From Klebsormidium nitens (lineage: Eukaryota; Plantae; Klebsormidiophyceae): 64,000 bases of DNA. Every line of letters begins with the position of its first letter. Position 1 is the stretch's first letter. Positions 1-13,000 of the stretch are shown here, piece after piece. The notes beneath the pieces are model-generated. The model had not been told where the DNA came from. It saw nothing but the letters and a program-made list of their open reading frames with translations, and searched no databases. The DNA lies in contig DF236995.1 of the NCBI GenBank assembly GCA_000708835.1, forward strand, positions 1-64,000, given 5' to 3'. A program made the translations under genes and the position numbers.

Positions 1-1181
1 GATGGATTATGGCATGACACATCATTGCAATATGGGTATGAGGCCCGCCGCGCCCGATTTATGATGCATGCATCATTGAGGTGCCTTGGGCCTTTGAATT
101 CAACTTATAGGCCCGAGTTGCCGGACAACAGGCCATGAGCCTGCATATCCAGGCTTATAACACAGAAGGGGACGTTGCATCATGCGGCCAGTACAACATC
201 ATTTATGTGGAACAGCGCCGCGCGTGTGGCGGCCCAAGCGGCCGCGCGCTGCGGGGGGATCCACGCTTGCCATCCTCTTGTCAGGCTCATCAAGCTCACA
301 TGGCATAAAATAGGTCCAAATCATATTATTTGTCAATGTTAATTTTTGAACATGTGCGCTGGAGTACGCCCCTCGCGTCAGTGACATGTACATAGGTTAG
401 TACGCCGACGTCCAGCCTGTCCAACGAGTACGGCCACCCGGCCGTGAACCGGAATTAATTGCGCTTACATACACATACGCAATGAATCATATCAATATGC
501 CCGGCCAGCATCAATGATGCCATGGGTGCATGCCTAAGAATGATCTGATCAAGTTGGCCCTATCATTGGCATCCTCTTTTCGATCCTGAAGAACCGTGCA
601 AAAGTCTGCGCGGTTGTTGCAGTGCAGTCCTCGAACCACCCCGACAGGCACTAAATCCAACAAAACCGCAGCAAGTCCCCCCAGACGGTCGGTCAAAAAC
701 TTGCGACCGATTTACCAGTGACGAGCAAGCTAGCCTGGGCCGCGATCACTGCGTCTGTCACGGTCAAGTGAATGCCGAGCGTTTGCCAGCAACCTCACTA
801 CTCCTCTCAGTACGCGCAGATTAATCTAGAACGACTGATCATAACGGCACATGCTATGGTTTTGTGGGTCATTGCCTTGTCTGCTAAAACGCGGACTAAC
901 CGAGGCCGCAATTGGCGGCTCTTTCGTGTCAGGTTTCCGGGTTTCGTAGAAAGGTAGCCCACAGGCTGCCTCGTTCGTACGTCCGGGATTAGGTTCGAAG
1001 CTTTGGGCTTGCTTCTACAAACCGCCTGATTACCCGGACTCGCTCCAAGAAACTAGCTCGAAGCGTTAGCTACGAATCTCACCCTGCTTTATAACAAGGC
1101 TGGTTTTCTTTCGGGTCAAACCGAAAATAGTGGGCCTTTCAGCAGCGAGGCACTGCAGCAGGCTCGAATATCGACGAGTCA

Positions 1182-4100
1182 TCATGCGGGCGTCAGCAGG
1201 TTGCGGAAGAAGCGGATGCCCTGGAGGAGAAACAATTGGTGGTCAGTCTTTAAAGCAACACTTAGCGTATATTGTCGAGAAGATCGAATCCGGCCAACTC
1301 GACTGACTCCAGCTTCTTTCGAATGGGACTGCCGCAGCGACACTGACGGTGGTACAGTTGAGCTCCTTAGCGAGTGTTCAGAGGAAGACAATGGTTAACC
1401 TTGAAACCAGATGAGCTTTAAGTCTCGGCGTTTGCTCGTGCTCCTGCTTATGCTTCGCGCTTCGTTCTTGCATCTTTCTCCGTTGACTTTTTGCTTTCCC
1501 TTTTGACTCTTGTTTTTGCTAACTTACTCAAGTTGCGGCAAGGCTCTCACCTGCAGCGCGAAGGTGACGTCATCGTCCGTGGCGCGCATCGTCACGCGGC
1601 GGTGCTTCTGTTCCTTGGCGGGACCGATCACTAGAAGCGCCTGGAAAGAAGAAAATGGCTTTGGAATTCCGAAACGTTAATGAAAGCGCTGAGAAGCACT
1701 TTTTAAAATGTTCGTTCCGCGCGATACTGGGAAAGGGAATCCAAGGCCGATCATCAGAAGCGCCTGGAAAGGAGAAAAATGGCTTTGGGAATTCAGAAAA
1801 CGTGGTTGAAACGGCTGAGAAGCACCGCTCATATGTTCGTTCTGCGCAATACTGGGAAAGGGAAGCGAAGGCCAACCATCAGAAGCGCCTGGAAAAGAAG
1901 GAAATGGCTTTGGGAATTCAGAAAACGTGGTTGAAACGGCTGAGAAGCACCGCTCATATGTTCGTTCCGTGCGATACCTGGAAAGGGAAGCGAAGGCCGA
2001 ACATCGGAAGTGTCAGGAAATGAAGCGTGGCTTTGGGGGTTCGGAAAACATTGTTGAGACCGCTGAAAAGCACTGTCATATGTTCGTTCCGGGCAGTTCT
2101 GGAGAAGGGAAGTGAAGGACGATCATCAGAAGCGCCATAAGATGAAGACCGACGTCTGCGGTTCAGAATCACTGAAAAGGCTGAGAAGCACTGTCGTCTC
2201 TTGTTGATCTAGAGAACCTGTTGTTTGGATCTGCCAAAGCCAGGATAAGCAAAAAGAATCTGCTTTCGGTCCGCCATCGGTTTGTTTGTTGGGCTATGAA
2301 TTGGAAGTCGCCGAAAACGCTGGAATTCCAGCAAGGGGAGAGAATCGAGAGCCGGATTGAGGGGTTCCGTCGAAGCAATGCCTCGAACTCAGTGGGTGCG
2401 AAAGGCTTCAGGAGAACGTACGTAACGCATCGACTCTTTAGAAACGAGAAGTTTGGAAAAGAAGTGCGGAACCTCTGTTCATGCCCTTCAGGTAGCTTCC
2501 GCACTCTGGACGTCGGACTTGCTAAACCAAATGATCGATTTCAGAAAGTGCACGGTCCTCCCGCTGAGTTTCCCGGCTCTCGGTCCCCAACTTTCTTAGC
2601 TCTGCAGATAATGCAGAGAGAGACAGCGCAATTGGATTTTTCCCTGCTAGAAACAAAAAAACCCGCAAAGCATTTAGTAGACCAGTTCCTTCGAACGCCC
2701 TAAGTGGACGCTGCTAACCGGCTACTTAACGTTCACCCAGAATCTTACCTGCGCCGCCAAGACGTCACAACTGTCGGTGAACTCTCGTGACGTCAGCGGG
2801 CGGAGGAGGGTCCTCTGGCACAACCGACCGTACTCTGCCTGGAGGCCTCCCAGCAGGGCGTCTTTCTTGTTTTTCCGGAAGAGGAGGACTGCCGCGCACA
2901 ACACCATCTGGGAAACATTAAGAAGTTGGTTAGAGAGTTGGTTAAGTTGACCCAATTCATCGTCTGCAATGGTTTCTTAGGGTTCTAGGTTGAAGAAGTT
3001 TGGGTTTCGATTCAAAGATAACAACAGGTCTGAAGCTTTCATTGGATTGACGAAGGGTGAAAATTCAAATTGACGTAAAGCATCTGAACGCCACACCGAT
3101 GAGAGGGATTTCCGTGAATGGTGTGCGATGCAGAACGTATCACACCGCACCAAATTTGGGGCCAATCCCACCTTTCAATTGGTAGTGCTGTGGAAGGCTT
3201 TTCCCTTGCAGAAACTTGGGTCAATGACGAAAATCCGATGAAAGGCAGGAAGAAAAGGGGAAAGAAGAGTGCGACGCAGGAGCGCATTCACACCAGCCCG
3301 CCTGTTCGGGCTGCAACAGGCTCTTGAGCGCATTGAGTTGGCTTATGGCTGGTACCTCATGGAGCGAGAAATAAGAGAAGGACGTAAAGAGGCCAGGAGA
3401 AAATGTGACCCAGGAGCGCGACCCACCTGATGGTGCTGCGGCAGGCTCTTGATCGCCTGCACCGCAGTGTCCGGAAACGTCTGCGCGAACGCCTCCGCCA
3501 TATGCCCAAAGCCGACCGTCCATTTTTCTACCGGAACTTCCCCCCCGCTCTCGTTCCTCAACCAACGCACTTCGCTCCCGCTCACTCCGCTTCCATCGTC
3601 AGACCTTTTCTCGCCGTCAAACACTTCTCCCAAGGTCTCCGGGCTTTCTGGTCCAAGCTTCTGCGGGGTTTTCCGTTGGCCTATTGGGCTGGGCGAATTC
3701 TGCGGCCTTGTGGGAGCGAGGGGCGGTCGTTTTGTGGGCGAGGGAGTGCTCGGGGGGACGATTACGGGGCCCCGGGGAGCTTGCTGCGCTTCGGCGATCG
3801 CGATCGAGAGCGCGAGGCGGCACACGCCGAGGGCCTTTCGCAGGTCGCCGGACGATGTCGCAAATTTCTGCGGATACGATTTTGTGAGAAGGTGTCTATA
3901 GATAGCGTTTCGCGATAATGAGGACGTCCGTGCGTGAGTTAGCGGGGCGAGGAAGCGGGCTTTCGAAACCCTAATGCGGAAAGCGTTTTCGAGTCTACTG
4001 TGAAGACCCTTGGATGCTCCACGTATGCCACCGAGAAAGTGCGGAAAGGGCAGAGGGCAGAATCGGGCAGAGCAGAGTCCACTTTCCGGCGGAGCCACGT

Positions 4101-7100
4101 TCCGAGCGTTGTGCATCCCTCTTGGGTGAAACCGATGGCCCCACAGGATGCAAGAGTGACAAGTTGGAAGCGGATTTCGCCTCGAGCTTTAGCGGGTTTC
4201 TCTATTCTGAGCTCAGAAACGTCATCTGCTCAGTTCCTTTCATTTAAGGTGAAAAACAGATCGTTTGAAGGAGAGAAAAGAGGACGAGGCTCCACGGTGA
4301 TGAGAGTGCAGACAGGAGCGCAAGTCAGCAATCAATATGTTGACAGCAGACAGGTGAGACGGTTTACGTGTCAAAGGATAGTCGAAAAAGCAGGGCAATG
4401 AACATGTCTCAAAAGAGATGTATGCGGAGCCCGACCAAACTTGGAAGTGATGAAACGAGGGCGTGTAAGAAGTCACTTACCCGGGCGCAAAGCTCGAGAG
4501 CGATCCCGTCGAAGACAGTGAAGGGGAGGTGCGACAGCCGTTGGATGAGAATCTCCTTGATCTGCTCCTTGTCGTATGACCGGAACGACAGTTGCTCGGG
4601 GAAACCTGGATCATGGACGTCGGGTCAGTTACTTTCATTTGGGTGCAACACCTTCTCAATTCAAAGCGAGGCTTTAGCGGGAGTCCCGTTCGTTGTTTTG
4701 GCGGTGAAGATTCATCGAAGCTAATCTGGATCTTGGGATACTTGTCGTCGAGAAGCAAAGCAGCAATAATCTTGCAGCGATGGCAACGGGGGTTTCTCAG
4801 CCATGCGGTCGCCGCGACGCTCATGTGGGTCTTTCGTATTCAGACGCCCGTCCATGGCGGACCTTGAGAAATAGAAACTCGATGCGATAAGAGTCAACTT
4901 CATTAGGTCTACCGTTGCTTCTCGACATTTGCGGATTTGACGAGGCGCTGGTAGTCCTCTATTTAGCATCAGGCTGTTGTCTCCCTGATCGCCTTCATTG
5001 GAGTGACGATGAAGTAGACTCACAGTTCATGAGGCGCAGATTGGGGAGGAAGCGTTCCATCAGGTCGATGGCGTTGGCGATGCCTGCAATCGTGAAAAGC
5101 CATTGGCTTTTAGCGTCACTTGAAATCCAAACGTCCTGCGACAAATCGGACTAAGAAGAACAGGCCATCCAACGTGCAGTCCATCGCAGAGGGGTGGAAG
5201 TATCTGCTGTCTGCTGTCTTCTTTTAAAGAAAAGAGAAGCAATGTCTCTCATTCCGCCTGGACAGCAAGTTGACCGAAGAATACCCATTCAGGTGAGACT
5301 TGACGAAAAGAATCGCACTCTGCTTGCGCACCAAGTCAGCAAGCGGTCTGAAACATCACACAGGCAGAAACTTTCTGGGCCGGACGTCTAAAACGATTCA
5401 ACCAGCAGACATGTTTTTCCGACGTCAACGAAAGAACTGGAGGCAAGACATTTTCTTACCGACGAGCAGACACCGCGAGCCAGGCGCCGTGGCCAGCTTG
5501 AACATCTCATACAGAACCGTCTGATCCCGCGAGACTAACCGGTCCATCTCGTCCAGAATAACGACCACCATGCCGCTTTCAGGGGGGCTTTTGGCCCCGC
5601 GGTTTGGCCCCCCGGAGAGGGCGCTTTGCAGCCGAGCGGAGGCGGCGGCCAGTTTAGAAGTGGGTTCCCACTTTGGGGCGCGGGCGGAGGGGGCAGGGGA
5701 CTCTTTCTCGGTCAGGACCTCGATCTCTTGCAGTACCTGTGATGGGTAGAAGAAACGAATCAGCCACAGATTGGCGTAAGGGCTGCACTGACTTGGTTTC
5801 ACGGCGAATCGGTTGACAATAGGTTGTCGAGTAGCTGCGTTTCGAAGCCTCGACGAACGAGGATGCATGCTGTATAAAAGTGGTTTTGAGCCTCCCAAAA
5901 TCCAGCGGCGAGGTGCGCCTTGATGGAAAGCCTCGGGGCAAAACGGATGCAGTCGGGTCTCGGAAGGGTTTCACATCGTCGAGAAATCAGTTGGAAAGGG
6001 ATGACGAAGGCTTCAGAAAGGTGGTCGGTAATAGCACAAAGACTGCCTCCTTGGAGATTGCACCCAAGGACGACCTTCGTAAAAGTGTGCATTGAACACT
6101 TATATAACCCTTGATTACAAGAGCCAAAGAATGAAACGACGTGAAATACTATCATGGACAGATGCTGCTCACCCTTTGGTAGACCTCCTTTGGGTCTCGC
6201 AGAGTCATGCAGTTGATAGCAACAACGTGCGGGATTGGGAGTCCTTCCTGCGGAGCAAGGAATTTGCCATGAGACCGATGATTGTGTAAAATGTCCTTAC
6301 ACTGGGTCTACCCAACCGCCCCTGACTCGCAGCCAGCATCGTGTTGTCGGGTCTTTGATGTCCTTTCAATGCAAGCTTCGACTGGCGGGCTCGTCTGAAT
6401 GCAGACGCAGCTGCGGTGGCTTTACTGTAACCTCCGAAGTGAACCCTCTGTAAGGATCATTTAAGATATGCTTACGTTGCAAAAGTTGCGGGACGAGAGT
6501 GCATCAATAACTCAACAGACAATACACCCGATGTGTTTCCCAACACCACACCTTGCGACCCCCAATTCTCGGTGACATTCATAAAGCCAGCCCCGCACTT
6601 AATCTTCGATCCCATAAACAAAGATAGAAGCAACTTCAGAAACTCATTACAGTGAAGACCCGGATCATTCTCTGCCTCACCTCCGCCGCCCACTTCTTGA
6701 GCATCCCCTGCGCCTCCGAGACTGCCAGCGACTTGCCAGTTCCCGGCTGCCCGGACACGTACATGCTTCCCGGCGTCCGATCTCGGACGCTCGTCGTCAG
6801 AAAGCTCAGAATCTGCGCCCGTTCCTTGTCTCGGCATTTGATCTGAGTGGGGGCCAGGGACGGGTGCATCGCAGAGCGGGCCGCTTCAATGCAGATTGGA
6901 TCTGCAAATGAGATGGGCTCGAGTTAACAGGTTAGAGAGATTGAAAGCGGGTTAATAACACTCCTTCAACGCAGATCGGATCTGCAAATGGGATCGGTTC
7001 GAAGTTAGCAGCTTAGAAAAAATGCAAGCGGGTTAGAAATTACGCACAAAGCAAGGATACACGGACGCCCAGACAAGTTTGGAGATCAAGAGAAGGCTTT

Positions 7101-8538
7101 GAGATCAAAGAGTTTTGTCCCAATGTCAGGGTACACGGTCCAGTTTGGGTGGTGCAAAATTGGCGGGGGTACAGCTAGAACCTGAGGTAAATTCTGACGG
7201 AGCGAAGACCACAAAGACCAGCCAGCTTCAGACATTATAACCGGTCAAACCGAGGTTGAGGCACTTTATTGCCCAAGGAAATTTTATTGAATACTACTTC
7301 AACAAGCAGCGCAAAATGGAAGCAAGAAGGTTTCTAGGAGCTGAAGGGCCTTCGTTCGAGCCCTTACCAAGTGGGCTCCACCGGTCTGGAATCGTTGGCC
7401 GCTGCATCTCAAGCTCCTCCTCTGATTGCATTGCTTCCGCTCCCATACCCGTCCCTGCTCCCGGCTCGCCCGCCTCTGCCACATTCCCACCCACTCTCCC
7501 CGCCGCTAAGTCCAAAACCTCAGACGTTGGGGAGCTTTCCGCAACCCCCAAACTCTCGCGCGCTGACACTACCTGGTCCAAGCGGGTCTGAAAGTCCTTC
7601 GCTGACTGTGGGGGGGTGCACATGACAGCGCCGTCCTCATCAGATCCCCCCCCGGTTGGAGGTGATTTGTTGGTCTTCTTCCCCCTGCTTTGAACTGGGG
7701 TCATGAAACCGGCGGGGCTGGTAGGGAGCTCGTTAACAGGGGAGCGTGACCGGACAGGAGAGGAAGGAACGCCACTTTCTCCGCGCCTAGTTCTCGTCTC
7801 TGCCAGGACTTCCAGGCTGGGCCCATCCACTAAAGCAACACTTGACCGCCGGGTTTTCCTAAGGGTTGGGGAAGGGTCTGGGTAGAGGTTAAGGGGCGGG
7901 TTTGGGGATGTATCCGGTGACCCCATAAGAGATCTGCCACGAGAAGCGCGCTCAGAGCCCGCCAGAGGTGAGGCGGTCGTCACGGTGCTAGCAGGCAATT
8001 GAATTGCTCGGCTCGATTCCCTGCCTCTGCTCATCCTCCCGGAGTCTGAGCCCCTGGCTTTGGGCGTCTCCAGACTCGGCACATCGGTTAGCCCTCCATT
8101 GGACAGCGCAAAAACTGGGCTCCCAAAAGACCGCTCCAGGTTGTCAGCCTGGTCAGCACTTTCGGCTCTGCCTCTGGTGGGCTTTGCTCGGCTCGGTTTC
8201 CGTTTGTGGCCCCTTTCTAGCTGCTCTGGGGGGGTCCTGATGTCGATCTCCGCTGCTGCAGCGGCCCCCCTGGTGCGCTTCGGGGAGGGGGTTCTGAGGT
8301 CCACTTCGAGCAGCCGCTTTACCCCCCTGGAAGGAGGGCTGCTGAGCAGGGGAGAGGGGTTCTGTGGAGGCGTGTGAAACACGTCGTCCCCACTTCCAGT
8401 GCTCAACCGGCGCACCGCACCCCGAGTGACTCTGGATTTGGATTCCGGGCTGTCTGCTGACGCAGGGAAGCTCTGGGCTGGTGTGCAGAACACCTCTTCG
8501 GGTTCGGCTTTCCGCCTAGTGGATTTACGTGGCTTCAT
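1182..8538 (-). CDS. CDC6: Cell division control protein 6 (AAA+ replication licensing ATPase), 10 coding exons
   Basis: Hand-spliced exons: 8538-7368, 6901-6681, 6247-6173, 5736-5460, 5083-5024, 4605-4481, 3867-3427, 2907-2749, 1640-1551 and 1220-1182. All junctions are GT-AG and phase-compatible. Motifs: Walker A YVSGQPGTGKS, INCMTLRDP, Walker B VVILDEMDRL, GIANAIDLMERFLP, sensor-2 region SSGDLRKALGVCR, and a winged-helix C-terminus ending GIRFFRNLL. Confidence 0.95.
1633..2140. repeat. About 5 degenerate tandem copies of a 123-125 bp unit in CDC6 intron 8, each carrying the 3' splice-site region
   Basis: AGAAGCGCCTGGAAA(A)G recurs at 1633, 1756 and 1881, with degenerate copies near 2006 and 2128. 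Shared internal blocks include ATGGCTTTGG, GCTGAGAAGCAC and ATGTTCGTTC. Confidence 0.9.
6884..7035. repeat. Two-copy 80 bp tandem duplication spanning the acceptor of CDC6 coding exon 2
   Basis: CTTCAA(T/C)GCAGAT(T/C)GGATCTGCAAATG...GCGGGTTA occurs at about 6884 and about 6964. Confidence 0.8.
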
Positions 8539-9667
8539 GGCTGGGTGTGAGGCTGGTGCACTTTAAATGAGACCCGCCAGAGAGCTCGGCACTAGCGTAG
8601 TGTTCGACGCAGAAGGAGGGAAAAACTTTGCGGGCGTGGCCTATTCTACATTGGCGGACTCTCTCTCAGGATTGATGTTTGGTTGGAGCCCACTTGGACC
8701 TGTGACACCTGCACACAAATAGAGCAGTCTTGTATCCAGTATGCCAAAGGTGATTCAATTTTTCCTTTGCATCGTGAGCGCATTGCTCATGTAGTGATGT
8801 GTGACTAGATCCGCCACAATGTGTGGAATCTGAGCGGATTGCTTGAGTGGTCTGCTTATGCTTTCAGAGAAAATTTCTCGGGTAGTAGGAAGTCCCAGGC
8901 AATCCATCGCAGCTTCTGTGTGAGTCTAATCAGATTGCTTTACTTCACGACAATCTACTTGTTCCTACTCCATGTGCATCCTGATCAATCCGGTTGAAAG
9001 CTTGAACAAAGTTATCAGTATTCCACCATTCACCCCTTAAGTTGATCAAATATGTATTGTGTGCATTCTGAAAGCGGTTGCAGCTGAAACCATTATCAAA
9101 GATTGTCTCACGAAGGCTTCAAGACAGTTCATGTTGCCTTCCAAGAACGAAACCATTGCTTTGTCTGCTTTCAAACTTGATGGCTGCAGAATTTCATATG
9201 ACTTTACAATGAAATTTCTATCATCCTCAAACACAATGCACATTCAGAAACGCTGCATAGAACCGGCTTGCTTCTACCGAAGCAAGCCGAGAAACAAGCT
9301 TCAGAAGTAAACCATCCACCTTACCTCCCACCCATTCAAGACACAGGCTCGTACCAATGCGCCGCTTGAACCAATTTGCGCTATGGAGTAGCCACTGAGG
9401 AAGAAAAACAACAGCCGCCTGCGCTACGTTCCAGTCAAAAGCGTCCCAACAAGCCTTCTTAGAAAGAGCTGGCACCCACATTTGCGAGTGGATGCGTGCG
9501 AGAGAGAGCCGCAATCCTAGAATTGAAAACGATTGACATCAGTGTTGGTAATACAGGTATTGGATTTGCAGTGGGCTAGCCTTTTGGTAGGTCCTAAGGA
9601 TGTTGTGAAATTGGAGAGGTGATGGACTGCTCCGTCTCCGAGTCGGACAGGCTACAGAGCTGCCCTC

Positions 9668-9696
9668 GCGCCAAATTTGCGCTTTGTGGCGCCAAA
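9668..9696 (-). promoter_or_regulatory. Pair of consensus E2F sites (TTTGGCGC) upstream of CDC6
   Basis: GCGCCAAA at 9668-9675 and 9689-9696 reads TTTGGCGC on the minus strand. CDC6 is an established E2F target. A putative 5'UTR intron at 9324-8553 would place the CDC6 transcription start close to these sites. Confidence 0.45.
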
Positions 9697-10079
9697 ACGA
9701 GGGGAACGATCAGACGGGCGCAATCGGTAGCGTCCATAATGCCAGCAAGGCCTACTTTGGCCGTCGGATGCTTTTTCTTACTTCACAATTCCTCGTGGCG
9801 CCCAACGTAAGGAGACAATCATTGGTCGGTGGCTGCCAGCTGGCACTGAATGAGTTTTCTCCAGCTGGCCCGTGGGACCAGTACTGTGAGTTGATTGGCC
9901 GGAGCTTGTTTCCCCCTTCTAATGAGTTCTAGCTGGCTAGGGCTACTGCTTCAAAGCATTCAGCACAGAAACCAAGGAAGCAAGCAACATGGAATGCTAG
10001 CACAACCAGCAACCGTCTGGTCCGATCTGCAACCTTTTTCAGTTACACTCTATTCCAAAGCAAAATCCTTTTGGCCGTT

Positions 10080-13000
10080 ATGGAAAGTCAGGCGGTACGC
10101 TGTGGCCAGGGAAGTTTCTTGCAACCTGGATCTGTCCCTGTCAGAACATGGGCTCCTGAGGAATCAACTTCAAGCACTTGTTCATACAGAGCACTCCCAG
10201 GCAGGCTGTTCACTAAAAAATGGGACCAACGTGGGCAGCAGAAAAGATTAGCTGGCGCGGTGCATGCATACAGCTGTCGTGCGCATAGATCTAAAGGGGC
10301 AGCTTCTGATGGGAATGTATTTGTAGCATTGGGTCGCCAATCCGGATCCGAAAAGAGGAATGCGGGGAAGATTGCAAAGAGTTCCAGGAGGATTTTGACA
10401 GGGAAGGCTGCCAAGAAGGATGCTGGGGCTGTTTTGGAGGATGTGAAGGAAGAAGCCAAAGGTGGGGATCTTATCTATTGCATGCTTCATTTCTCATGTG
10501 ATGAGACTTCGATCCTCGGTCACCTTCAAAGATGGCCATTCCCAGCCCAGCAAGATTCCTGAAAAGGAATTTCCAAGAGGAGGAACTTTTTCAACAGCTA
10601 GGCAGTTGCTTCCCTTCCGGGATGCTTCAATGTCAATGCGAAGCTGTCCATCTTGGGAAGAGCTGCACTCACTCTCCCCATGCTGTAGGTGCAAAACCTC
10701 TCAGAATGGCGAGTCTCTAGGTTTAGGCTTCTTCTGCATGTGCATTGCAGAGTCAAGTTGTCAGACTGCGGGCAGCCACAGATTCTTCCCCAAGCATGCA
10801 TAAGGTTCTCAACGTGGGAAATCCATCTTGATGGGGTGCTAAGTGTGCAAGCAGCTTCAGTTTGCAGTTATGGATCGAGCACAACATCAATGACTGCACA
10901 GCTCACTGCGAGAAAAGAGAACCAAACATTGAGGCACGCTAGCAAAAGCGCGAAAACCCTAAAGCCCCTAAGTGGTAATTGTCGCCCCTAAGTGGTACTT
11001 GTCTTCGCAACTTGAGTGGCTACCCACTTGAAGCCTTACCTAACTCATGAGAAACAGGTGCTCTATAAAGTCCCACAATGTAAGTCAAACCAAGATGTTA
11101 AGTCAAGCCCTTAACCACTGCTAGATTGCTGTAGTTGATGTAGGAAGTGAACGTGGTACATGCGCAGGTGCCGCTCAATCTGCAAAGGAGGAGCTGAGCA
11201 AAGCCACCAACGGAACAGTTCAGAACGGTGCGCCGCAAGATGAGGATGACAGTCCCGACTGGCGCCGCGTTTTGCCACATGTCATCACGGCGGCGTTTGC
11301 AAACTTTTGCTTTGGTTACCACATTGGGTGAGTATAACAGACAACAGATCTGGGGCGGGGGAACTTTCTTAGGAGGAATCAATGTGCGCCTGTGCAAGAA
11401 TGTTCTGGGAAAACATTTGTAAAGATGCCTTTTGAGAGTATCTCATGGAGTCAGAGATCGTTGAGTGACTTTCCGGATACGAAAGAATGTGCAAACTGGT
11501 TCAGTAAGGAATTACGAGAGTCCTACAGCATTTGGGGCCGAGAGTACCCCAATAGCAGACAATCCCCTCTCAAACCAAGTTTGGACAGAACCGACACAGT
11601 GGTGAGAGGATTTTCCAGTGCTTCGTGCAAACATTCTTTCACACGTGCTTTGTAACCTGTGCAGGGCATTGAACGGACCTTTGGAGCAAATTGCCGCAGA
11701 CTTGGGCTTCGCGGGCGACACCATCACGCAAGGTCAGACTTACTAAGTTCTGAATTCACGTCTCAAGTTCACTAAGTTTCGAAATCCTCGATTTTATGAT
11801 TTGGTTTCTTGCCAAGATTCTGAAGCCCCGGGTTTGGGTATATTGTTGCACCCAACAGTCTTCATGCGTTCCAGGTTTTTACACTCGATCCAGCTACCAT
11901 GTATCACTCAACCAGTCCCGAACTTTCAGGCTCATAGTTCCAAACACTGCATCACTGTCGCAGTTGGAGTTTTTCAATCTTCTTGACAAGTTCACAATGT
12001 CGAGTGTGAAAGTCAAAAACTCAAAACCCGGGTTACTGTCACAGAATTTGACCTCAGTCATCTGCCCTTCGCAGGGATCTACTTCAGTCTTGATAACTCT
12101 TGAGGGCTTCAACCAAAATGTATAAAGCCACATTGGTGTATCGTTTGGTGTTGTCCATGCTTGACGATAGCAATCCGCCCCCCCCTTTCCTCCCCAAGAA
12201 TAATACAGCGTCCCCACATTCATCAACCTTGACAATTTACTTGCTGTAAAACTCACTGAATTTCTTTGCTTGCCCGCCCAGGTGTGGTCGTCAGCACTTT
12301 CCTCATCGGCGCATTCATTGGGAGCGTCGTCGGAGGCCCTCTCTCCGACAGCCTCGGTCGGCGGCGCACGTTCCAGCTCGATGCGATTCCCCTCATTTTG
12401 GGACCGGCTTTGATGGCCCTTTCAAACGACGTGCCGTCCATTGTGCTGGGCAGGCTGCTCGTGGGTATTGGTGTTGGTGTGAATACGTCCCTAGTGCCAC
12501 TGTACATCTCAGAGGTGAGCCAGGACAGAAGTCGGTGTGAATTGGTGAAACTAAGAGGATTCTTTTTTGATAGTCAAGGCGGGTCGGAAGTGTTTGCACA
12601 GAGGAGCTTTGAAAAGGATACTTCAAGGAGGCTGCAAATGAAGATTGACTGCAGTATGTGGTCGAGAGTGCATCTTTTCAGATCAGAAAGAAAGTCGAAG
12701 GAAAGAAACATTTGTCAGGTTGTTGACTGATTAAATTGGAAGCAATCCGAACCCCTCAAGTACCAAAGTTAATGTTTTATAGAGTCAGCTGAAACCGAGT
12801 GTGAATCAGTCACGTCGAAGCTTGAAGCCAAAATAGCGTTCCGTCGTCTTCGCCATTGAGCAAAATATATCTAAAACGCCCGCTGCATTCCAGATTGCGC
12901 CGACCAAGTACCGCGGCACGCTGGGCAGTCTCTGCCAGATCGGCACATGCATTGGGATCATCACAGTGCTGCTCGTGGGTCTGCCCGCCAAGGAAGTGGA

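Noticed and set aside
1655-2172. ORFs of 62-122 aa with internally repeated peptides
   Set aside because: They are translations of the intronic 124 bp tandem repeat.
961-7020. GGTTCGAA motifs at about 983 and about 6997 as tRNA T-loops
   Set aside because: There is no cloverleaf stem pairing or D-arm around either site.
8700-9520. Stop-interrupted minus-strand ORFs (9046-9243, 9227-9514) as a possible decayed gene or transposon
   Set aside because: No recognisable motif; better explained as CDC6 5'UTR and intron.
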